Source of the DNA: Somniosus microcephalus
Lineage: Eukaryota
Direction of reading: 5' to 3'
NCBI GenBank assembly: GCA_052327205.1
Contig: CM126210.1
Coordinates: 149,792,001-149,856,000, forward strand
DNA: 64,000 nucleotides
In this document: one piece after another, positions 36,441 through 48,825 of the stretch
How positions within the stretch are numbered: the stretch's first letter is position 1
Layout: the number at the start of each line of letters is the position of its first letter
Notes under the pieces: generated by a model
What the model saw: only the letters and a program-made list of their open reading frames with translations
Told to the model about the DNA's origin: nothing
Database searches by the model: none
Translations under genes and position numbers: made by a program

Positions 36441-38955
36441 ATTTAAATTCAGTTAATCAAATAAATCTGGAATAAAAAGCTAGTATCAGTAATGGAAACC
36501 ATGATATTGTCATGAAAACCCATCCGGTTCACTAATGCCCTTTAGGGAAGGAGATCTGCTGCCCTTACCTGGTCTGGCTGATATGTTGCAATTGCCGAGC
36601 AAGCCACTCAGTTGCAACAAACCCCTATGAAAAACAATAAGAAGAATAAAACCGGTATCGACCTTGGCACCGGCTATGGACATGACAACGGCACACCCAG
36701 CCCAGTCCACCCTGCAAAGTCCTCCTCACAAACATCTGAGGACTTGTGCCAAAATTGGGAGAGCTGTCCCACAGACTAGTCAAGCAACAGCCTGACATAG
36801 TCATAGTCAGACAATGTCCCACCAGCAGGGCAGACCCACCAGAGGTGGTGGCACAGTGGTATACAGTCAGGCGGGAGTGGCCCTGGGAGTCCTCAACATT
36901 GACTCCGGACCCCATGAAGTCTCATGGCTTCAGGTCAAGCACGGGCAAGGAAGCCGCCTGCTGATTACCACCTACTGCCCTCCCTCAGCTGATGAATAAG
37001 TACTGCTCCATGTTGAACACCACTTGGAAAAGGCACTGAGCGAGCAAGGGCACAGAATGTACTCTGGGTGGGTAGCGCCACTACTGGCCGAGTCCTGAAG
37101 GACATAGCTGCCAAACTGGGCCTGTGGCAGGTGGTGAGAGAACCAACACGAGGGAAGAACCTACTTGACCTCGTCCTCACCAATCTACCTGTCACAGATG
37201 CATCTGTCCATGACAGCATTGGTAGCAGTGATCACTCGTGGAGACGAAGTCCCGTCTTCACACTGAGGACACCCTCCATTGTGTTGTGTGGCACTACCAC
37301 CGTGCTAAATGGGATAGATTCAGAACAGATCTAGCAGCTCAAAACTGGGCATCCATGAGGCACTGTGGGCCATCAGCAGCAGCAGAATTGTATTCTACCA
37401 CAATCTGTAAACTCATGGCCCGGCATATCCCTCACTCTACCATTACCATCAAGCCAGGGGACCAACCCTGGTTCAATAAGGAGTGTAGAAGAGCATGCCA
37501 GGAGCAGCACCAGGCGTACCTAAAAATGAGGTGCCAACCTAGGGAAACTGCAACACAGGACTACATGCATGCTAAACAGCGGAAGCAGACAGGACTAAGC
37601 AATCCTACAATCAACAGATCAGATCAAACCTCTGCAGTCCTGCCACATCCAGCCGTGAATGGTGGTGGACCATTAAACAACTAATGGGAGGAGAAAGCTC
37701 CATGAATATCCCCATCCTCAATGATGGTGGAGCACAGCACATGAGTACAAAAGACAAGGCTGAAGCGTTTGCAACCATCTTCAGCCAGAAGTGCCGAGTG
37801 GATGATCCATATCGGCCTACTCCCGAGGTCCTCACTATCACAGAAGCCAGTCTTCGGCCAATTCGATTTGCTCCATGTCATATCAAGAAACGGCTGAGCG
37901 CACTGGATACAGCAAAGTCTACAGGCCCTGACAACATCCTGGCTATCATACTGAAGACTTGTGCTCCAGAACTAGCCGCGCCTCTAGCCAAGCTGTTCCA
38001 GTAAAGCTACAACACTGGCATCTGTCCGACAATGTGGATAACTGCCTAGGTATGTCCTGTCCACAAAAAGCAGGACAAATCCAATCTGTCCAATTACCGC
38101 ACCATCTGTCTACTCTCAATCATCAGCAAAGTGATGGAAGGTGTCGTCGACAGTGCTATCAAGCGGCACTTACTCACCAATAATCTACTCACTGATGCTC
38201 AGTTTAGGTTCCGCCAGGACCACTCGGCTCCAGATCTCATTACAGCCTTGGTCCAAACATGGGCAAAAGAGCTGAATTCCAGAGTTGAGGTGAGAGTGAC
38301 TGCCCTTGACATCAAGGCAGCATTTGACTGAGTGTGGCATCAAGCAGCTCTAGTAAAACTGAAGTCAATGGGAATCGGGGGGGAAAACGCTCCACTGGCT
38401 GGAGTAATACCTAGCGCAAAGGAAAATGGTTGTGGTTGTTGAAGGTCAATCATCTCAGCCCCAGGACATCACTGCAGGAGTTCCTCAGGGTAGTGTCTTA
38501 GGCCCAACCATCTTCAGCTGCTTCATCAATGACCTTCCCTCCATCATAAGGTCAGAAGTGGGGATGTTCTCTGAAGACTGCACTGTGTTCGGTGCAATTC
38601 GCAACTCCTCAGATAATGAAGCAGTCCATGCCCACATGCAGCAAGACCTGGACGACATTCAGGCTTGGGCTAATAAGTGGCAAGTAATATTCGCACCACA
38701 CAAGTGCCAGGCAATGACTATCTCCAACAAGCGAGAGTCTAACCACTGCCCCTTGACATTCAACGGCATTACCATCGCCGAATCCCCCACCATCAACATC
38801 CGGGGGGTCACCATTGACCAGATACTTAACTGGACCAGCCATATAAATAATGTGGTCATTGGAGCAGGTCAGAGGCTCGGAATTCTGCACCGAGTGTCTC
38901 ACCTCCTGACTCCCCAAAGCCTTTCCACTATCTACAAGGCACAAGTAAGAAGTGT

Positions 38956-41203
38956 TGTAAGGGGTGGTGTGTGTGGTCAGCTTTGCCTCTGACTCCTGAG
39001 TGGTTCGAATCGCTCCCACTCCCTTGGTTCTAGACTTTGGACTTATTTGGGGGTTGTAATGAAATTGCAACAGACAACTGAGTTGGTGAAAAGAACTTGG
39101 ATTTTATTTGAGACAAGAAAATATACACAACACAATAATCTTATCACTCTAAAAGGGGGAACACTTTGGAATACATGAGGAAGAATAACAATAGACAGAA
39201 TACTTCACCTCTCCCAATTCCACTACACTGACTAAGTTAGACTCCAGAGGACCAGGGAAAATGCTCACCAAACGACTTTCTTGACAGTTGTAGAGGTTCG
39301 CGATTTCGGGGTTCTCTAGGTGTGGCGGTTGGGGCCTGCCGTACCCCGGACGTGGTAGAAGACTTCACCTGCGTTGCTTTTTCAGTCTTCGCATGTCCAC
39401 TGATGCGGTCGGGTGCGTATTGGATCTGTCGGGTAAGTACCTAATTTCCTTTGGTTAGGTATAGGGTTTAGAGCCTTTTTCATCAAATCTTACCAGGGAT
39501 AAGTCAGAATAGCTTGTAGAGTGGAAACAAACTTGCAAATCTTCGGTTTCTTCCAGGTTGGTTTCTTGTTGGTCGCGGTGGCCCAATATTACCTAGTTGT
39601 TGGTAATATTGTTGGTTGTTTGTTTCTTGGGGCCCTTGGTTGCCGCGATTCCTTTCTCCTTTCCTTCCGTTCTCCTTCTGTTGTCCTTCCGTCAATCTCC
39701 AATTCTCCGACTGTTGAATTCTGAGTGACTGCTCCTTCAATTGACTGACTGAGCTGGATTTTGCTACAGGGGCGGGTTGGAGGTGGGAAACCCACATTCG
39801 GGCTTGTTGTCCCGCCTCCATGGAGATGTGGCCAACCCACTGGATTTTCCTCTGATTGACCTTGTTGAGCCCGCCCTGTGGGCTCAGCAGGCCAATTAAG
39901 GGCCACCCGGCAACAGGTGACGTCAGAGATTGACATTTCATCTGTCAAAAGCTTTTGGCACATGAAATATCAGTGTTTAACAGCTGTTTGAAGCTGTCAA
40001 GCACTGAAAAACTGCTAATTCAGCCTCAGTCCTTTCTCAGGATAACTTTAAAATCATTTTGCTGTAGAAACAAAGAAGCTGATTTTTTTTTAAAAATCGG
40101 AGCTTCTGTGGTTCTTGCAGCCGACTCCCGACACCGGAATGCAGGACTCCTGTAAAGGTAAGTAAAAGTAAGTTAAACTTATTTAAACACTTGCAAAACA
40201 CTTACCTTTGCACTCCTGCACCCCTCACTCACCTGAACACTGGGCATCTCGACCCCTCCAAGACCTCAGACCCACGTCCCGCCTCGAAAACTTTTCGTGG
40301 TTTGGAGCTGTCGGGAAGCCCACAAACCTGCAATAAAAATCGCGAATAGGCAAAAAACTACCTGTTAACAGGCAGTTTAATTGCCTTTAATCCCTTCCCG
40401 CCTCTCTGGGAGTCGGGTTCCAGCACTTGTCGGGAACCCGACTCCTATGAAATTGACATGGAGGCGGGTTGGAGGCGGGATGGGGTCGGGACCCCCGGAT
40501 CTCCGATTTTTATAGCCCGCACGCCTCCAACCCGACTCCAGGGGCTTAGGAAAATCCAGCCCACTGTGTTAACTGAGAAAGCAGGCCCCAATTATACCAT
40601 TTGAGACCTTGCTTATCTGCCCGCCAAATCTTCTCTGGCCCATTGTCAATTTTGGTGGGCTCGTTAACAGTAATAGTTTTTAAATTCTTTAACGGGTTTT
40701 GAGCTGGTCCCATCTATCTTAATTGATTTAAGTTGGTGTAAACTAGGTTCGGGATGGTCCGTCGAAACCTAAATTGGCTTTAAATGACTGTTTAATCTTT
40801 GGTCCGATTAGTAAGTTTTGTCTCCTGCTGGGGCCAGGGCCCCTTTTGTTGGTCAGTGGCATGTTCTGCATTATGCATACTTTGGATGGCTCTGTAATTT
40901 TGGCGGGAACTGCTCTTTCGTAGGCCTATTGTCGTTATGTAAAAATGACTGAGACAGTCTGGAACATTCCCAGACAGTTTGGCCTATGCCAATACCCAAA
41001 CTGCTTGTTTTACAGAGGCCCATCGCAACCCCTTTGTCGCAGCCTTCCACAGGCCTGGACATGCCCTTTTAAAATAACCAAAATCCAGGGGTTTTAACGT
41101 TAAGCCCCCTTTTGGCCCAACACCCTTTAAAACAACCCAAAATCTCTTCTTTGTGGTAATCTTCTTGGTTTGAGGGAATCTGCAGAATTTTGCGAACCTT
41201 ACA
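38956..41203 (-). mobile_element. Long solo LTR (~1.43 kb once the nested MITE is removed)
   Basis: TGTAAGG...CCTTACA termini and 4-bp flanks GTGT / ATGT. The LINE frame QVRSV|MEYSP resumes after it. Minus-strand AATAAA near 39105; strand is inferred. Confidence 0.8.
39751..40562 (+). mobile_element. Harbinger-type MITE, copy A
   Basis: TIRs GAGCTGGATTTT / AAAATCCAGCCC, 3-bp TSD ACT, homologous to copies B and C. Confidence 0.85.
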
Positions 41204-42600
41204 ATGTGATGGAATACTCTCCACTTGCCTGGATGAATGCAGCTCCAACAACACTCAAGAAGCTCAACACCATCCAGGACAAAGCAGCCCGCTTGATTGG
41301 CACCCCATCCACCACCTTAAACATTCACTCCCTCCACCACCGGCGTACCGTGCCTGCAGTGTGTACCATCTACAAGATGCAATGCAACAACTCACCAAGG
41401 CTTCTTCGGCAGCACCTCCCAAACCCGCGACTGCTACCGCCTAGAAGGACAAGGACAGCAGGCACATGGGAACACCATCACCTGCAGGTTCCCCTCCAAG
41501 TTACACACCATCCTGACTTGCAAGTATATCGCCGTTCCTTCATCGTTGCTGGGTCAAAATCCTGGAATTCCCTCCCTAACAGCACTGTGGGAGTACCTTC
41601 ACCACATGGACTGCAGCGGTTCAAGAAGGCAGCTCACCACCACCTTCTCAAGGGCAATTAGGGATGGGCAATAAATGCTGGCCTTGCCAGCAATGCCCAG
41701 ATCCCAGGAACAAATTTAAATAAACTTCACCATCCTGTACTATCCCATTTTCCATAATTCACAAAAATTTATCGACCTCTGTCTTGAATGTACTCAACAA
41801 CTGAGCATCCACAGCTCTCTGAGGTAGAAAATTCCAAAGATTCACAACCCTTTGAGTGAAGAAATTTCTCATCATTTCAGTCCTAAATGGCCTACCCCTT
41901 ATTCTGTAACTGTGACCCCATGTTCTAGATTCCCCAGCCAGGGGAAACATTTTCCCAGCATTAACCCTCTCAAGCCCCTTAAGGATTTTATATATTTCAC
42001 TTAGATCGTCTCTCATTCTTCTAAATTCTAGGGAATATAGGCCTAGTCTACTCAATCCCTCCTCATAGGGCAATCCCCTCATCCCAGGAACCAGTCTAGT
42101 GAACCTTTGTTGCACTCCCTCTAAGGCAAGTATGTCTTTCCTTAGGTAAGGAGACCAGAACTGTACACAGGTCTGGCCTCACCAATGCCCTGTATAATTG
42201 TAGTAAGACTTCATTACGCTTAGCATACTATTTGCTTTCTTAATTGCTTGCTGTTCCTGCATGTTAACTTTCTGTGATTTATGTACAAGGACACCCAGGT
42301 CCCTCTGAATGCAAACATTTCCCAGTCTCTCACCATTCAAAAGATATACTGCTTTTTTGTTTTTCGTACCAAAGTGGATAACTTTACACTTCCCCACATT
42401 GTATTCCATTTGCCATGTTCTTGCCTACTCAGTCAACCTGTCTATATCTCTCTGCAGCCTCTTTGTGTCCTCCTCATGGCTTACTTTCCCATCTAACTTT
42501 GTATCATCAGCAAACTTGAATATGTTACACTCAGTCCCTTCATCTGAGTCATTAATATAGATTGTAAATAGCTGAGGCCCAAGCACTGATCCTTGCAGTA

Positions 42601-43391
42601 CGAGAGCCTACTGTCAACAAGGGCAGACATTGACGACGAAGTCCAACACCACCTTCAATATGCCAGTGCAGCCTTCGGTCGCCTGAGGAAGAGAGTGTTT
42701 GAAGACCAGGACCAGGACCTCAAACTAAGCTCATGGTCTACAGAGCAGCAGTGATACCCGCCCTGCTGTATGCCTCAGAGACATGGACCATGTATAGCAG
42801 CCACCTCAAAGCACTGGAGAGGTACCACCAACGCTGCCTCCGCAAGATACTGCAAATCCATTGGCAGGATAGGTGCACCAACGTCAGTGTTCTCGCTCAA
42901 GCCAACATCCCCAGCATCGAAGCTTTGACCACGCTCGATCAGCTCCGATGGACGGGTCACATTGTCCGCATGCCCGATACGAGACTCCTAAAACAAGCGC
43001 TCCACTCGGAGCTCTGGCACAGCAAGAGAGCCCCAGGTGGGCAGAGGAAACGCTTCAAGGACACCCTCAAAGCCTCCTTGAAAAAGTGTAACATCCCCAC
43101 CGACACCTGGGAATCCCTGGCCCAAGGCCGCACAAAGTGGAGGAGAAGCATCCAGGAAGGTGCCGAACACCTCGAGTCTCTTCGCCGGGAGCAAGCGGAA
43201 GCCAAGCGCAGGCAGCGCAAGGAGCGCATGTCAACCCAAGCACCCCACCCATGCACCCCTTCAACCACCATCTGCCCCACCTGTGACAGAGACTGTAGGT
43301 CCCACATTGGACTCATCAGTCACCTCCGAACTCATTTTTAATATGGAAGCAAGTCATCCTCAGTTCCGAGGGTCTGCCTAAGAAGAAGAGA
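42601..43391 (+). mobile_element. 5'-truncated RTE-clade LINE
   Basis: ORF 42733-43341 (LLYASETW, QLRWTGHIVRMPD, C-terminal CPTC...HLRTH finger) and an (AAG)n tail. Confidence 0.9.
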
Positions 43392-43716
43392 CCCTCTTAG
43401 TTACAGCCTGCCAACCCGAAAAAGTCCCGTTTATTCCTATTCTCTGTTTTCTGTTCATTAACCAATCCTCAATCCATGCTAATATATTACCCCTAATCCC
43501 ATGAGTCCTAATTTTGTGTAATAACCTCTTGTATGGCACCTTAACGAGTGCTTTATGAAAATCCAAATACACTACATCCACTGGTTCCCTCTTATCCATC
43601 CTACTAGTTACATCTTCTAAAAACTCTAGCAGATTTGTCAAACACGATTTCCCTTTCATAAAACCACGTTGACTCTGCCTAATCATATTACGATTTTCTA
43701 AGTGGCCTGTTACCAA

Positions 43717-44860
43717 GTGTAGAAATTGCAGAGATGCTGGCTATAATCTTCCAATCCTCCTTAGATACAGGGGTGGTGCCAAAGGACTGGAGGATTGCCA
43801 ATGTTACACCCTTGTTCAAAAAATGGGCGAAGGATAAACCTGGCAATTACAGGCCAGTCAGTTTAACATCAGTGGTGGGGAAGCTTTTAGAAACAATAAT
43901 CCAGGAGAAAATTAACAGCCACTTGGACAAGCATGGACTAATAAAGGAGAGCCAGCACGAATTTGTTAAGGGCATATCATGTTTGAGTAACTTGATTGAG
44001 TTTTTTGACGCGGTAACGGAGAGGGTGTATGAGGGCAGTGCAGTTGATGTTATGTATATGGACTTTTAAAAGTCGTTTGATAAAGTACCACATACTAGGC
44101 TTGTTAGCAAAATTGAAGACTGTGGGATTAAAGGGGCAGTAGCAGCATGAATACAAAATTGGCTAAAGGGTAGAAAACAGAGTTGTGGTGAATGGCTGGG
44201 TTTTTTTTGGACTGGAGGGAGGTATACAGTGGCATTCCCCCAAGGTTCAGTACTCGGACCACTGCTATTTTTGATATACATTTATGACTAGGACTTGGGG
44301 ATACAGGGCACAATTTTGAAATTTGCAGATGGCACAAAACTTGGAAGTGTAGTAAACAGTGAGGGAGATAGTAATAGACTTCAAGAAGACATAGGCTGGT
44401 GGAATGAGCGGACTCATGATGATGAAATTCAGTGCAGAGAAGTGTGAGGTGATACATTTTAGTAGGAAGCATGAGGAGAGACCGTACACACTAAATGGTT
44501 CAATGTTAAAGAGGGAGCAAGAACAGAGAGACCTGGGGTATTGTGTCCAATTTTGGGCACCACACTTTAGGAAGGACGTGAAGGCTTTGAAGAGGGTATA
44601 GAAGACATTTACTAGAATGGTTCCAGGGATGAGGGAATACATTTATGTAGATAGCCTAGAGAAGATGGGTTGTTCTCCTTGGAGCAGAGAAGGCTAAGAG
44701 GAGATTTGATAGAGGTGTTTAAAATCATGAGGAATCCAGCAACATGGGAGCAGAGTGGGTTTATGGGATTAGAATTACTGCTCTTGTGGAGGGTAAATAC
44801 CAATATGGACTGAATGGGCCAAACAGCTTGTTTCCCTTTTGTAATTTCTACATAATACTA
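43717..44860 (+). mobile_element. Degenerate CR1 LINE 3' half
   Basis: DWRIANVTPLFKK...NYRPVSLTSVVGK and YCVQFWAPHFRKD; multiple deletions. Confidence 0.87.
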
Positions 44861-45139
44861 TGTAATTCAAACAGGAATGCTGCAGTGAGATGCTGAAGGT
44901 TTCAATTTATGCTCAGAAATACCCACTTTTTACATTAGTGAAGAGGAGAGAAAGGCAAGGATAGTAAGAATTTAAGTAATGAGAGAGAAACAAGTCCAAA
45001 AAAGGTCAGAGGAACAAACAAAAGAGAAAAGAAGCCGAAGGAATGGCACAACGCTGAGAGGAGAATGGGTAACTATGCACAGCTGTGCAGGGGTGGATGC
45101 ACATGCACTAATGCCTGAAAGCAATTCCAAGAAATAAAA

Positions 45140-45556
45140 GAAAGAATTTGCTTATATTTGGCACCTTTCACAACCTCAGGATGTCCCAAACCGCTTCACA
45201 GCTAATTAAGTACTTTTGATGTGTAGTCACTGTTGTAATATCGTAAACACGGCAGCCAATTTGTCCCACAAACAATAGTGAGATAAATGACCAGATGGTC
45301 TGCTTTTGGTCATGTTGGCTGAGGGATAACTGAGAACTCCCCTGCTCTTCTTTGAATAGTGCCATGATATCTTTTCCATCTACCTGAGAGGGCTGATGGG
45401 ACTTCGGTCTAATATCTCATCTGAAAGATGGCACTTCTGACAGTGCTGGACTCCCTCAGTATTGCAGTGAAGCCCAGATTATGTGTTCAGGTCTCTGAAG
45501 TGGGGCTAAAAACCACGACCTTCTGACTCAGAGGTGAGAGGGCCTACACTGTGCCA
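45140..45556 (-). mobile_element. DeuSINE-like SINE (tRNA head, Deu domain, L2-type tail)
   Basis: Minus-strand tRNA-like head TGGCACAGTGTAG...TGAGTCAGAAGGTCGTGG and Deu-domain-like GTGCCATCTTTCAGATGAGA...ATGGCACTATTCAAAGAAGAGCAGGGGAG. Confidence 0.78.
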
Positions 45557-45828
45557 AATAAATGATATAAATACCAGAAAACACCCTGCATTTGTTGCCA
45601 AGTCTGCATTTAATCCGAATTCACACTTTGGCTTATCAGCATAATGTAAATATGTGACGCTATAGGCTGTGGTAACACTGCTCTCAATGAAGACTGCTTT
45701 ATTTTCTTTATCAACCATAATAAAAACATTTCCTTGATCTGTGTTTTTAGTCACCCATCCTAATACCTCCTCCTTTGACTAGGTGTTAATTTTTTGTCTG
45801 ATTATGCTGCTGTGAAGCTCCTTGGGAC

Positions 45829-45962
45829 TAAGGACCCCTTTAATTTTTTTTTGGTGCGTGGCCCCGTCAAAATACCGCGCATGCGCCATTTTTCCTATTT
45901 AAGAGCCGGCTGCGCAGGAGCTGCAGAGTGCTGCACGGCCGCGCAGCCTGAAAGGACCATTG
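45829..45962. mobile_element. Small hAT-type MITE inserted in an L2 3' tail
   Basis: 8-bp flanking repeat CTTGGGAC / CATGGGAC and degenerate TIRs. The host tail TGTGAAGCTCCTTGGGAC...AAAGGTGCTATATAAATGCAAGTTGTTG rejoins on removal. Confidence 0.65.
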
Positions 45963-46863
45963 CATGGGACATTTTCTTAATTTAAAGGTGCTATATAAAT
46001 GCAAGTTGTTGTTGTAGGTGCAGAAATAACATTTTCTTCAATAACAAATGTTGTATTCTGTTGTAATTGTAATGAAAAGACCTTGTTTAATGCCGCTGGT
46101 TATAAAGTGGTGTATGAAACCTCCTGGCAACATGTGCTGATGGATTTCTCTGTTGGAATATGGGTTCCAGGACTGAAGCAGATTGCATTGCCGCCTTGAT
46201 GTGCAGTCCAGTTCCCTGCTGCACCTTAGATATTCCGTTAAATTTTGTAAACACATCCAATATGATTTCAGCATTTATTCTTACCATTTTAAGACCACTA
46301 TGAATACAGCATGTGAAATCCAAGCAGTAGGTAGACTTATTGCTGTACCATTATAAGCACCGAATTAAGAAACACTTTTAATATATGACAACGTCTTCAC
46401 TGCTTTTGGGTCTGAATTATATCTTCAACACAGGGTCTTGGAATCTGAACTTTTGTTCTCAGTATGATTTGAGATTTTGTGATCAGGAAGGCACAGCTGC
46501 AACAACATTGATAATTGGCAGTTTGGATTTTCTCGTGGTGCATTAGGGTCCCAGGAGGCTTTGTGCTGCAACAGTAGCCAAGGGGGCTATTCTACTTCCA
46601 ATCTTCCTTTAGCATATTGGCCCAAAAAATTGCTGTGGCAAACCAACGAATGGGGCCCGCTGTTAGTTAGACTTGTCCTTGTTCGTTTAATGTCAATGAT
46701 ATTTTGTACTGCAAGTTTTTGGAAGATGGGAACGTCGAGACACCCTCTACAGGGCATCTGGGTCCTGTGTGAACAGGGAAAGCAACTGTGTATCTCCTTA
46801 ACCAATCAAATTGAAGGATTGTGAAATGAACAGCACAAGGTCTGAACAAGGAAGTGTAACTTA

Positions 46864-47685
46864 GGAGGTGATTTTGTGACTGGGGGCGTGTTGGAGGTGG
46901 GACTGCTGCTTGTCGGGTCGATGTCCCGCCTCCATCGATTTGTGGCCAACCCACGCTATTTTCCCTTGATTGACCTTGTTAAGCCCACCCCGCGGGCTTA
47001 GCAGGCCAATCAAGGGAAAGCCGGTTGCAGAGCACGTCAACATATGACGTTTCATCTGTCAAAAATTTTTGACAGATGAATTGTCATCATTTGACAGCTC
47101 TGTGAAGCTGTCAAACAGTGACACTCTCTGCAGTTTGATGAGGTCTTGAATACAAGACCCATCAAACTTCTTTCTTTAACAGAATTGAGATAGTTGTTGC
47201 ATCTGTGAATGCAACGGGCATCTGTCATTCCCAACACGGAGGTCCAAGACTCTTCGCATACAAACCGACTGAAGCCTGCAGGAAGAAACAAAGGTAAGTA
47301 CACTTTTAAAAGCACTTTGCACTTACATCAGATACTCACCTCTACACTCTTGCACCCATCACTTACCTTCACAGCACACTTTTGCACCCCCCGACCCCCG
47401 CAGACCCACTACTTGCCTCGCTGAGCTGGCGTGTTTTGGAGCCTTCGGGAAGCGCCTGCACTTGTGAGGGCAAAAGGGGGATAATCCTATTTTCTGCCTG
47501 TTAACTACCTGTTAACAGGCAGTTTAATAGGCTTTAATCCCTTCCCACCTCCAAGGAGACGGGACCCGGCGCGAGACGGCTACCTGCCTCCTGGGAAGAT
47601 GGCACAGAGGCGGGTTGGGGGTGGGTTCCAAATTCTGCCATTTTCCCAGCAGTCCCGCCTCCCCAGGGTTGGCAAAATCGCCCCC
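46864..47685 (+). mobile_element. Harbinger-type MITE, copy B
   Basis: TIRs GGAGGTGATTTTG / CAAAATCGCCCCC; TSD TTA on both sides. Confidence 0.85.
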
Positions 47686-48382
47686 TTAGAATGGGTGAAT
47701 TCAATGTCAAATCAGGTACAGAAAGAGAAAGAGAAAGATTGGATTAAGAGAGAGAGAAAAGAGAGACAGACAAAAAAAGCTGGCAGTAATTAACACTCAT
47801 CACGCCATCGTACTTTGTTGCTTTTTACGTAACTTGCTTTTGTGATAACTAAAATAAGTGCTGTTTCCCTTTTGCCAATTCCAGCATCACAACAACCCCT
47901 CCAATTTAGAGGTACTGAAAAGTTTTTCCAATTACCTTTTTTTATTGCAATGCCTGTAAAATTAATTTGCACTCGGTAACAGGAAAATAAGAAAACAAAG
48001 TGTTAACTTCATAAATGCGCTGTATTCACATATTTGGTGGATATTCAATTTTTTAATCATAATTAACAGCGTATTAACTTGTCTGGCTGGAATATAGGAA
48101 GTTTTTTTAAAAATTAAAGCTTATTGTACAACTGCAGAAAAATCTTTCACAAATAAAAATTAACTGGTCATATAGGTCACCTTCATGACAAGCTATTGAA
48201 AACTGCCCAAGCTTCTATTAGAAAGGGTGACTTTGTGTGTCTTGATCAGTAGTCTGAAAATAAGTGCCTTTTTGTTTTCTTCTCCTCTTTATAGTTACAT
48301 TTTATAAATGTCTTTGACCTCAGCCTTTGGTCTGGTCTTAGTCTTGAGAAACTCAGAGTGATATCTGGCATTTAACCCACAG

Positions 48383-48547
48383 GTCGTTTACTTTGGTGAC
48401 AGTATGCGCTCGGATATATTTCCTGCCCACAGCTACAACAATTGTGAAACAGTCCTAGTGCTAGAAGAGCTAGAAGTTGAAGCCAGCCAACAAGTTACAA
48501 CAGACAGAAAGGACTCTGAACCGTTAGAGAAGAAAGGAAAATATGAA
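48383..48547 (+). CDS. NT5DC1: NT5DC1 internal coding exon (165 bp), HAD motif IV region
   Basis: cccacAG acceptor and GAA|GTAAGT donor. Translates VVYFGDSMRSDIFPAHSYNNCETVLVLEELEVEASQQVTTDRKDSEPLEKKGKYE. Phase 0-0. Confidence 0.95.
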
Positions 48548-48825
48548 GTAAGTGTTCATAACAACTGCTTATTATAATAAGTTTGGACAAATAAACCAAA
48601 AAGGCCTGTGTTTGCATTTGAAGATAATAAAAGGTACAATGTTTATCCTATTCTCAGTTGCAGTAGATGTGAATGGTGATTTGACTAACTTTGCTACAGC
48701 AAACTCTTAAAATGCTTACTCTGATAAAGGATTATAATTTATCCTGATGATATTAATTCTTGATAACCAGCAGTTGATTATTACCAGTTGTTGGTAAGGT
48801 TGTTCTGATTATGTTACATTTATTC

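Larger units (their letters stand above)
36348..41724 (+). mobile_element. Near full-length single-ORF CR1-group LINE with a tRNA-derived 5' head, interrupted by a solo LTR
   Basis: APE start KVLLTNI*GLVPKLGEL...PDIVI at ~36715. RT motifs ALDIKAAFD and [10 protein letters not shown]; stop at 41661, then a 3' hairpin GCTGGC-CTT-GCCAGC and an A-rich tail. Confidence 0.88.
36245..43716 (-). mobile_element. CR1 LINE in three pieces (36245-36344, 41725-42600, 43392-43716), split by a LINE and an RTE
   Basis: 3' tail at 36245 continues into ORFs 41759-42115, 42179-42409 and 43378-43716; collinear with the CR1 at 1305-2650. Confidence 0.82.
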
